Below are positions 1 through 10,720 of a stretch of 64,000 nucleotides of DNA, piece after piece. The notes beneath the pieces were generated by a model that saw only the letters and a program-made list of their open reading frames with translations, was not told the origin of the DNA and made no database searches. The position numbers and the translations under genes were made by a program. The stretch's first letter is position 1; every line of letters begins with the position of its first letter. The stretch is from Saccostrea cucullata (lineage: Eukaryota), in contig NW_026927936.1 of assembly GCF_032062105.1 (NCBI RefSeq), forward strand, positions 62,001 to 126,000. Reading direction: 5' to 3'.

Positions 1-710
1 TACAAAATAGGAGCTGAGTAAACATGGACCTCCAAAAGATCAGGCCGACCGGTCACACCCGCAATGTGCTCCTTGTCATGATCGGGAAATAATGTATACA
101 ATTCAATGTATTAATAAAGGACTAACAATTAGTGTGAAAAACGTCAGTCAGCGTTTGACTCAATGATAAATTATATTTGCTGACAAAGTCATTGTACCGG
201 CCATAGAACTTACGAAATGATGAGTTTGAATGAACCTGCTGAAATTCTTGTTTCATCAACTTGTTTGTCAATAATTAAATCTCGTTGTAGAAATTGTTCA
301 TACGTAGAGCATGTTCTTGCGTATCGAATCAACTGAGATATGTTAAGTCCGTATGCATGTGATGAAGGAATATTGCTGCATAAGTAAGGAAAGTTGACGA
401 TAGAAAAGTTAAAGTCATCACTTTTATCATAGACCTTGGGTGTTAGTTTACCGTTCACGTCTTTTTCAAGTAAAATATCCAAATACATGTGAAACAGCTG
501 TGTCAGTTCTCAAGCTCACCAGGATACTGGTATATCGTATCGACATAGGAATGGAAATTACCATTGTTAATTGACAATACGCCGTCGATATATCTAGATG
601 TTGTAATGAAGGCCACAGCAAGTGTTTTCATCTTTTCACACATAAGATTTTACACAAATTCTGCTTCATATGAATACAAAAATAGATCTGCTAATAACGG
701 AGCGCAGTTG
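1..710 (-). mobile_element. Degraded Penelope-like retroelement fragment (RT core to 3' UTR; probably Naiad-type with C-terminal RT)
   Basis: Minus-strand translation gives NCAPLLADLFLYSYEAEF, RYIDGVL (YIDD motif decayed) and YLDILLEKDVNGKLTPKVYDKSDDFNFSIVNFPYLCSNIPSSHAYG..SQLIRYARTCS (ORF 210-488), with stops and frameshifts. The family 3' motif (GGTCACACCC, GGACCTCC) is at 1-65. Confidence 0.85.
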
Positions 711-714
711 AATG

Positions 715-1760
715 TCTAAATACTGGAGTTCCTAGTTGACAACGTTTATGTAGTCTTTGGAGACGAAGTCTTCCAACAAACTGGTTGAATCCTGATGAAC
801 ATCAATTAGCCGACCTGTTTTTTTTTCTATGAAGCAGTATTTATTGTAAAAAAAAAAAAAAAAAAAAAAAAAATTAAAGTCATGAGAGGTCATTGCTTCA
901 ACTCGACAGTTAGATATACCGAGGTCATTTTAGAAATTAACAATATTTTTTCCATATATACTTCGACTATCCCAGTGAAGATGAAATAATAGACATTAAA
1001 GAGTCTGTCATTCCTGTTTGATATTTGAGTGTTAAACTGACTATAGACGACAAAGACCAACTAACAACTTTATTTTAAGACAATCGAGATGACTTCAGCT
1101 CTTCCATCAAGTTTTCTTATCATTCATGTAGTAATATTCCGCTTTATCCTGCAAATGATCTTTATGTTTTTCAACTTATTTGCTACTTAAGAGCAAGCTC
1201 TTGATACGATAAATTTTAAAATCTAAAGTAGGGTACGCACACAAAAGTTGATATTGCAAGAATTTCAACAACTTGGTTTAAAGTCAGGATTTCGTAAATT
1301 CTATGGTCATTATAAAAGGCACATCAGATTATGAATATACCTACGGAATGTCCCGTCTACTTACTGTAGATTGGGAAATATTCACGACGGTTTTAATTTC
1401 GCTATGTTCACGATTTATTAAATTTCCGCGAAATTAAACCCATCGTGAATTTTATTATTAGTCTTAAAAGTGTTTAAATTTTGAATTAATTTCTTGCAGC
1501 ATGAAATTAAAACCATCGCAAATAGTACTTTTTGAGATATCGTGAAATTTTAACACCGTGGAATATATTAAACGACTTACAGTATTCAATTCATAGGGCT
1601 GTGATCTATCAACAGGGGATGGTTACTCTTCCTAAGCACCTGATCCATCCTATGGAATTTCGAAGAGGTCGTTTTGATGCCCTCTTCACAAATTTTATTG
1701 TTTATAGAATTTTTGAGATCATCGCCGTTTGTTGTTTTTACCTTTTTTATCAACACTGTC
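715..1760 (+). mobile_element. Second degraded Penelope-like fragment, head-to-head with the first, interrupted by poly-A (848-872) and a MITE
   Basis: Plus-strand remnants LEFLVDNVYVVFGDEVFQQ, LADLF..YEA, FNSTVRYTEV (decayed RYIDD), YPSE and RDDFS. The 3' motif CAGGGGATGGTTACTCTTCCTAAGCACCTGATCC is at ~1613-1646. Confidence 0.75.
1364..1582. mobile_element. Non-autonomous DNA transposon (MITE) with CTGTA...TACAG ends and TA target-site duplication
   Basis: TA|CTGTA at 1362-1368 and TACAG|TA at 1578-1584. Internal repeated (C)GCGAAATTAAA / CGTGAA motifs occur in both orientations. It sits inside the Penelope-like fragment, which resumes after it. Confidence 0.7.
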
Positions 1761-4177
1761 AAATGTAAGGCATTCGCATACATAGCTTTTATAAAGTTCA
1801 CTGAAATTCAACATGTGCTATACAATACTTCTGCATCTCAAAGCTTTGTCATATTAACACTCTGAAGTTATCGCGTTTCAATTTATGTTTGAAACAACCT
1901 GTTGCATGTTTACGTGACGGGAATTCAAAAAGAAACTAGTATACAATACGCATCTGACCATCAACTCTCTTATAATTATTCAAAACACATGAACATGCAT
2001 TTTACAAATTGTTCATTCTATATTGTTTTTTTTAGAATAGAGTGAAAATATATTTCTCATATTTCTTGAACTCTGCAAAGTTAATAGTTTTGGTTATCTT
2101 ATTTTCTCTGTGTCTATTATAAGTTGATCCAAACCTTTTCCTTGAGGATATAATTACCTTTTTCCATAGCTCAGTTTTTGATGAATGATGCCATTTTTCT
2201 TCTCTAAACTTGGAATTATTTATTTTCTCAAAGTCTTTTAAATCAAATTTAATGGCGAACGTTTCTACTGCCGTTGAATTCTTCATTTATCACGGAAAAA
2301 TAAACATGTTGGCAAGCGAAACCTATTAAAAAAATTTGGTGATGTAAGTTTTGTTAATTGTAACTTCATCATGCCTGCTGTTATGAATTGTGTGAATTAA
2401 ATTTCCTATTTGTATATTTGATTAAAAAAGTCTTCCACACCCTGTATTAATCAGATTTTTAAAAATGGATATTGCTTCTAGGTTCAAGAGAGTAACATGC
2501 AACGCACGAATCTAAATCTCAACATCAGAGAATCTATAAGTTCTTTACACCAAATTTTGAAAAAAAATTAAACATTAAAATTTTCTGCTTGAAAAGATAT
2601 ATTTGCAAATGTTATGAACAAATTAAGGAAGGAGTACCGAGATCTCTTTTTCTTTTTATCTTTGTTTTCATTTATAACTCGCAGCAAGAATACATTAGAA
2701 GAGGTGGCATTTTAATGTATATATGAAATGTCTATGTGTGTGTTTTTCACCTGCCAGGTGTTCTAATTTTCTGTTCTCTCCAATAACCTTGCGATCCTCT
2801 CACCTTTCTCACTTTAAATGTTGAAAGCCTCGGATATTTCTCGGTGGTCTTTGCAGACCCACAAATTTTTCCCGGTTGAATCACAGCGCCCAGAACGAGG
2901 CTAACATTTTCTTAATTTGAGTGAGTTTATTAAAAACTTATATTTTCTGTTCATCGAACAGTCTCAACAAAGAGACCAATGCAGTGAAAATCTTATAGAT
3001 TTTTTCCCTCAAATTTTCTCCCAACAGGATACGATAGATCTGGACGATCAAAGAGCATTCCGGCAAACATTAGTTCGCATCATTTGCTCCTCATTTTAAT
3101 CCTCTTTGACATCTTCCGGTAGCTTGAATTTTGTATGAACATCCTCTTTAATATTGATTCATCATTTAAATAAATTTAACTTTATATACTTTAACTTTAA
3201 AAGGATTTGGAAATTGGAACCCCATCGATATAAAGAAGGTTTTAGAAAAGGACCCCTAGATATTAAGATGCGGGTGATTGTTTCTGAAGTAAGTAGAAAA
3301 TCTAAAAATTGAAAATTTCAAACGATATTTTTGAAAAATAAAAAATAGTGTTTAAAATGTTAAGATTATGGATTAAAGTATTATGATTTTATAAGCAGAT
3401 GTTCTATATGGTTTTTCATTTTTATATAGCACCCCTACGTCGCTAACAGTTATAAGTGGATTAAATAAAGAAGTTAAAATGAATAAAAAGTTGATAAGCT
3501 CTTTATAAACAAGTAGTTAACAGGTATCACACAGTTAGGATATTGTGTCGATTTCCTTTAATCTCAAAGTTTATCATCCAGAGAGAATTAGATTTTTTTA
3601 AAGTAAATTCTCCTTATATTATAAAATTTATTAATATTCTAGAACTGTTTATTTCATTTTTATTTTTTTAAAGTAGTAAATTCATTAGGTATTATTTCTC
3701 TTGGAAAAGGAAATAGGGCAGTGCATTTTGTTTTTATAGCTACATGTATTTTAAAAGAGTTTATTTCATTATATTAACCATACAGAGACATCTATTGTTT
3801 GAATTTGCAGTTTATAAAATTAAATGACATATTTTTTTAAAGTTGAGTACTGTACTATTTACTTATATTTTATATTCTTTACCCATTTTAAACTTTGAAA
3901 AACTGTCTGTATCAAAACGTTTTATTGTAAAAGTTATATAGTTTTTTTCATTTTGATTATGTAGGTATCCCAATTCAATTGCAATATGTATTTTATTTAC
4001 GTTCATGTTATACCACAACAAAATAAATAAATGTTCCATTGATATGTAATCTTTAATAAATTCTAAATAATCAAAATTTCTGAAGATTTGTCATTTTTCA
4101 AGAATAAATTTTCATTTCGTTAAATTTAATTAATTTTTTGTTAACTTTTTCTTCCTTTAAACTTCACATTACATATA

Positions 4178-4560
4178 ATTATCAAAGACCTATATATAAT
4201 AAACAAATGCTAAGTATTTAAGTTTAATGTTTTATTCGAGTTGGCAGGTATTGTCCACAGTGGTCTACACAACAGTGGGGCAGCCGGCAAAATGGCATAC
4301 CCCCAACATCAACATAAGTTGTGCCCTCCCTGACGGGAAAAGTAGCACGCTGGGTTGACCTCATTCGTGCTACGGACACATTTCAACACAAATTGTCTTT
4401 TAATTATATTATTTTGCTTTAGATTTACATTATATAAGATATAATTTTCAAAGTCAACATCACATATATCAACATCAATCATCACTTATATCAACATCAA
4501 CCACAAAAAGTCAACAAAATCAACAGTTCAATGGTTAAATTGAAGGTGACGATTTCGCCA
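4178..4560. repeat. 383-bp direct repeat B, copy B2
   Basis: Matches 5171-5553 base for base by eye (offset 993). Confidence 0.95.
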
Positions 4561-4919
4561 ATACGACCACTGTGAAGTATAGTCTAATGTCTTTCCCCGA
4601 GCTCCTTGAAATCATGGATAAATCGCCAAGTTGACACCTGTCACGCATGGTATTTGGTCAGAGATCATTCCAAAGGTCCTAGAAAACGGAAATAGCGGGC
4701 AATCCTGATCAGCACCGTCAGTCTCCTTCAACGAAATCTCTTAATACCTGAAAAGACAAAAACAAAACCACACAGCAGAAAAAGATTCTCAATAAAATTT
4801 CCATAACTTTAATAAATTGGCTATACCTAACCCATGAAAAACAATGTATACGTAAATTAAACAAACAAAAGGAGAAAGAGTAATACTTAACACCTAGCTC
4901 AAGGGTTGAGGTGGGAGGG

Positions 4920-5172
4920 TATTTCATAATACAGAAAAATAAATCGGATACTTTCATCACCCACCTTTCACTTTCATTGATGCATAGAAAAGGGGAGATA
5001 ACCCGTAAACCTAGTAACTACGTACTGACACTGTATGGATGGATAAATAAATTCCGGCTTATCTCATTTATTAATTTTTCACAAAAAGGAGGTGAATGAT
5101 GACATATAATCAAAGGATATATAGAGCTTAGATAACGACGCATATTATGAGATGAACTCAAATATGCGGTAT
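4920..5172. repeat. 253-bp direct repeat A, copy A2
   Basis: Matches 9612-9864 base for base by eye (offset 4692). Confidence 0.95.
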
Positions 5173-5553
5173 TATCAAAGACCTATATATAATAAACAAA
5201 TGCTAAGTATTTAAGTTTAATGTTTTATTCGAGTTGGCAGGTATTGTCCACAGTGGTCTACACAACAGTGGGGCAGCCGGCAAAATGGCATACCCCCAAC
5301 ATCAACATAAGTTGTGCCCTCCCTGACGGGAAAAGTAGCACGCTGGGTTGACCTCATTCGTGCTACGGACACATTTCAACACAAATTGTCTTTTAATTAT
5401 ATTATTTTGCTTTAGATTTACATTATATAAGATATAATTTTCAAAGTCAACATCACATATATCAACATCAATCATCACTTATATCAACATCAACCACAAA
5501 AAGTCAACAAAATCAACAGTTCAATGGTTAAATTGAAGGTGACGATTTCGCCA
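5171..5553. repeat. 383-bp direct repeat B, copy B1 (abuts A2, sharing AT at 5171-5172)
   Basis: Matches 4178-4560. Confidence 0.95.
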
Positions 5554-8500
5554 CATGGGCACCGTAGGTGCCCACCGCCACCTGGTGGGGGTAGGCAACT
5601 TCAATTTAACCACCCACCATGGACTCCTAGCCTACTCAAAACCCTCAGCAACCCATCCGTCGTGAACATCACTCTCTCTCATATCCAACCCACTGTAGAT
5701 TTATGCTGCATTAAAATAAATCTGGTTACCCTTCAAATTTACCGTGCCTTACCCCCCCCCTTTTCCCTGATTTTATATCTTTCGAAGTTGTATTGCTTTG
5801 GGTCTCTATTTCTGTTATTAATATCCAGCTATTTTACTCAGTCAGGAAGAAAGAACTAACTGGACTAATGTAAGAATATAAAGTGGAAAATATGTCTTAA
5901 CTAGATTTATCCCTCCTTTTTTATTTATTGGTTTATTCATTTGAATTTTATTTCTTATTCATTTTTAGGTAATTTGAAAGAAAAATTTGTAATATACTTT
6001 CCTGCAAAGATTACAAACAAGATGAATGAGATGAGCACCTATACTCTCTACCCCCCCCCCCCCCCCCTTAAGGATGATTAAGTTGTTCCTGTATTGTAGA
6101 ATAATTTTAAGTGTTCATATTCCAACTCTGTCAAGTGCAGAACATATTTTGTGATATTTTGTAACGTATCTTGCCAGTTCTGTAGAAATGAGCTTATCTA
6201 AGTACTACTTTATTTTTTAATCCAAGCTCTTCCGAAGACCATGTAAAATTGATTAAATCTTGTATATACTATTTACCTTTGAAGCCAAGAAACACAATAG
6301 GGTACATGTACTTTGTATTTACCCCTAAGCATTTGTTAATGTGGATGGACTGCACCAGACATGTAAGGCACATATGACTAAAACCTTCATTCTAAATCCC
6401 TTTCCGGCTAATACTCTATCAAATAGGCATGATCGTACTACACCTTAAGCTTCCTACGTTGGGAATTTTGGGGAGGGACCCCTCCCCCTTTCCTCCTGCA
6501 AAAATATGCTGTGGAATGGGTTATTAAAATTATAAACTTCAAAATTATTTTTAAGGCTGTAAAAAATACCTTTATGATAGAGAGCATGAAAATTAATATG
6601 CTAAATTAGTGTAAACCTATCCTTTCTATAATACCCTAAAATGCTGTCGAAGTTTATTTAATCTTAGCACTATGAAAAGTTAACTCCTACTCACTTGTGG
6701 ATTTGTATTTATATCCCCTAGCTAATCTATATTTTACTCAAGCATGCTAGAGGTTCACAACGAGATACTTTTGACTTGGCTCCGAGGTACATAAGGAGCA
6801 TAGGGCCGTTAACTGGGGCTCTTATACATGTAGGAGTAACCTGTATTTGTACCCATTAGCTGATGCATGGATGTAATTTACATGTACATATGCAATTATG
6901 CACCGACTAATGCATCTTGATCCCATACAAGATAAATGTGTAAACAGAAAATAATTCTGCTAACTGCTCACATGAGATGAGGGATAAACACATACCATAT
7001 TAATACCTGCGAATGGCAACTGGGTTTGAACTGATATTTTCAATGAAGAAATGCCCCTAAAATATGCAAATGTGTAAGCTAACAGTAAGCGCCTACTATA
7101 AAAAAAGAAAATATTGTAGGAAATGGGTCAGATTATAATCTAGCCTGTGGTATAAAATGTATCTAACACCCCCCCCCCCTCCCCGAATTTGTATATCTAT
7201 GCTGTTAGGAAATCTCGCCTTATGCGGTTCTTTCATCTTATTTATTTATTTATTTTTAAATCTTATAACTCCACATGAATAAAGCAAGTTACCTAAACAA
7301 TTTATCCTTTTTGAGTTTAAAATCTGTGAATATAGAATTTTAACTGAAGCAAGTTTTATCTGTGTGAAAATAGCAAATCCTTTTTTATCTAATAACTTAG
7401 AGACACAGCAAAAGCCAACACTGACAAAAATTTAAGCCCTATTTTAAACCTTATACTGGAAGTTTCATTATAAACCCTCTTTATTTTATTTATTTGTTTA
7501 TTTATTTATTATTTTGACCATTCATACAGCATATGCCATAAGGAAAATACATCTATTAGAAAGACCAGCACTGCGAACCTTATTCAAATGAGTCTGCATT
7601 GACTTTAGCACCTAAAGAACTCTGTAATTTGTCCCTCATCCCTTTCTGAAACTGAATTACTTGATTAAAACTGGTAAAAGTTCAGGGACTTGAAGTTGCA
7701 TTTCCTATTTTGAGGTTCACTTTCCCTGATGAGAAAGATAACTCAAAGGAATAATGTTAATTTCCTAATAATTTTGACAAGATTAGCCTATCAATTATTA
7801 TTATTTATTTATAATAGTCTTTTATTTGTAGAATTATATTTAAATACCTAAAGATTTTCTTCTTGTATAAGTCTTAAAGAACATTGACGGGAAATAAAAG
7901 CCCGTGCTGAAATTTATCTCTGTGTGAATTATCGACATTTTTGGAATAGTGTATATAATGAATTGAGTAAAATAAGTTTACCTGATTTTCATGTTAACTT
8001 AAGATAGTACAAAACTTTTCATTTACTAAACACAACTATATAAGATACAAGGCCTTTATGCAGTTAAGGGGTGAGAAGGCATTAAATGTATGTGTCTTTA
8101 TTGTGTTATCATGATATCAACAAACCTGCTCAAATAAGGTACAGGCCCTGTTAGAAAAATTCATAATTATGTTTATATACACTGAAGACGGCTTCCGAAT
8201 GTTCAAACAGCCTGACCTTCATTTATTTCCTTTATTTATAACTTGAACCAAATCAAAATGTCAACACAGAATATATATGTGAAACAAGCCTTTGACCCCC
8301 CTCTTACTTAATCTGAAGACTTATATATACATATATTAACCAGCAAAATAATAGCTAGACTTGCTAGACAATAGATATCTACATGTACTTAATTAAAATA
8401 AAATTCGGGAAATCCTATCTATATCAACTAGTGAACCATTGAGGCCCTAAATTACTATGCACATTGTTATTATTCTGGTTGAGTCTGAAGCTGTCCTCCT

Positions 8501-9611
8501 TTTCAAGCCCCCTAAGAGAAGAGATATCCGAATAGATGAGGATGCTGCTGGTCCTAATATAACTATTAATATGTAGATTTGACAGACAATGTACAATTCA
8601 ACTTGGGTGCATAGAACCTATGCCCCCAGCTTTAACAGCCTGAATTGTTCACTGCAATGCTTCCGTGCAACTGATTACACAAAATCTATTTAGTCATCAT
8701 TCATATTTACTTACCTTGAGTTTTGTCATAGCATGTGTACATGTACAACTGTAAATATGTATAAACAAATACACATCTTATTTCATGTTAAATTCATATA
8801 CATAAAAATGCATTAATTGTAATATAACAATTAACATTCAAAAGCACCACAATTTGTTCTTTATTTTACTTCAAATTATTTTATTTCACAATTGATTACT
8901 GCCTTTGTTGCAATTCTATACCTTCCAAGCCTCTCTTTGGACCATTGTTTAGGTTGAATGGCCTTGATTGAAAATTTATATCCTTTAATTAGAGTTCTGT
9001 TCCTATGTGAATCAGGGTAAATAACATTTCTAAAGACATGATACAATAGCTTTATCAAACTTTAATTTATTTTCAATCTGTATGTTTTCTATTTATTCAC
9101 TGTTTTAAGGAAAAGTTTTTTATGTCACAAAATATTTTGACTGATAAACTGATAAATACAACAAGCCCGAAGTTACAAAATAACCCATCCCCATATTGTA
9201 AGAATTATAACTATGCATATTCCCATTTCTAAACCCCCTAAAGATAGGCCAAGGGAACTAAGTATCTAAATATAGGCTACCATGTGTACGGATGTTTGAC
9301 CAATGACCTTGAATAACACGGACCGAATAAAGTTGAATTTCAAACCTATTTTTAGATTAACTCATTTTGTTTAAATAATATTTCACTAAGTACGTTTTTC
9401 CTCATTCAAAATATACTGATGAAGTTGGTTATTATTACCATACTTGTGTATCTTGTACCATGTGCCAGTGTTTAAAGTATGGATGGGAGGCAAATCCATC
9501 TGTTTCAATCCAATGAAATATTTGCCATCGAGCAATATCAATGTTGATAAGATAATCCATGTTAATTCTTTGACAGAAACTTAACTTTAAAAACTGGAAA
9601 TTATTAACAAA

Positions 9612-9864
9612 TATTTCATAATACAGAAAAATAAATCGGATACTTTCATCACCCACCTTTCACTTTCATTGATGCATAGAAAAGGGGAGATAACCCGTAA
9701 ACCTAGTAACTACGTACTGACACTGTATGGATGGATAAATAAATTCCGGCTTATCTCATTTATTAATTTTTCACAAAAAGGAGGTGAATGATGACATATA
9801 ATCAAAGGATATATAGAGCTTAGATAACGACGCATATTATGAGATGAACTCAAATATGCGGTAT
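9612..9864. repeat. 253-bp direct repeat A, copy A1
   Basis: Matches 4920-5172. Confidence 0.95.
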
Positions 9865-10620
9865 CATATTTCTTTTTTATTTTACAATAAACTTAAGAAA
9901 GTACATATACTTGATATTAAATAATACATTTACTTTGGAAATTATTTAGAGAATGGTTTTCAAATACTTTTTGAATAAGATTACCAAATTTTGTACTTAG
10001 TACTTAGTATTTCTTAATATGAAAAATATTTGATTGTGAAGTTTATGAATATTGAACTGTAGTGAAATATTAATGATTTTGTTTTCATTAAGGCTTTTTG
10101 TTTGTACATTTTTGGTTTTCATCTATATGTATAAAGATCAGGCAATGTACAGATATCAGAATATTTTAAATATGCCATGCAATATATCATGCTTGTTTAC
10201 TAGGTATAATGATTTGTGATTTGTAATCTTATACATCCATTCATTTGAGAAAACAGTGAGTAACAAAAGGTAATCATTTTCTGTTTAATTTGAATTATCA
10301 GATTTCTGAACGAAACAACCCGTGCTTTGGTGTTGGTAACAATATTGTTAATTTTTTTCTTACTAGAACAATAAAAACAAAAACAATGATACAGAACTTA
10401 ATAAAAACGACGCAAATGATAAATAAAACTTTATAACATTAAACAAAAAATTAATGTGTTATGAAATGATTTTACAGAAAAACAAACATTTTAAATTTAT
10501 TAAGAAGTAGGTAATTATATAATAAAAAGTTAAACGTATCTCAGTTTTGAAATAAAAAGTTATCATGTTACTTTTTAGAATTGGAAATAATAAGTATGTA
10601 TATATTTCAGAAAGAAAATA

Positions 10621-10720
10621 AAATATATGGAGAAAATGAACAGTATTCAAGCTCAAAAGTACAAAAGAAAAATACAATATTGAAGAAGAGCAAACACGGA
10701 CCTCTAAAACATCAGAGTTG
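10621..10720 (-). mobile_element. Penelope-like 3'-end remnant
   Basis: GAACAGTATTCAAGCTC...GAGCAAACACGGACCTC aligns with copies at 1-45, 17812-17935, 32767-32876 and 33471-33562. Confidence 0.65.

Larger units (their letters stand above)
4178..9864 (-). mobile_element. Non-autonomous split-direct-repeat element (TOC1/PAT/Ngaro-like tyrosine-recombinase retrotransposon architecture), 5687 bp
   Basis: Two repeat pairs give minus-strand order A1(9864-9612)-body(9611-5554)-B1(5553-5171)-A2(5172-4920)-unique spacer(4919-4561)-B2(4560-4178). Copies appear identical, there is no TSD beyond a shared AT core, and no RT/YR ORF is seen. Confidence 0.65.

Noticed and set aside
5524-5859. 111-aa plus-strand ORF MVKLKVTISP...
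   Set aside because: It crosses the repeat/body junction and a GC-rich hairpin, the same start in the other repeat copy stops after 14 codons, and no domain is recognisable.
7720-7760. Hammerhead-like CTGATGA in the element body (also 41321-41350)
   Set aside because: No properly placed GAAA with pairing stems I/III and NUH site could be built.
4178-9864. LTR retrotransposon or simple tandem duplication
   Set aside because: The repeats interlock rather than flank, there are no TG...CA ends, PBS or TSD, and the two interiors (359 bp vs 4058 bp) are unrelated.
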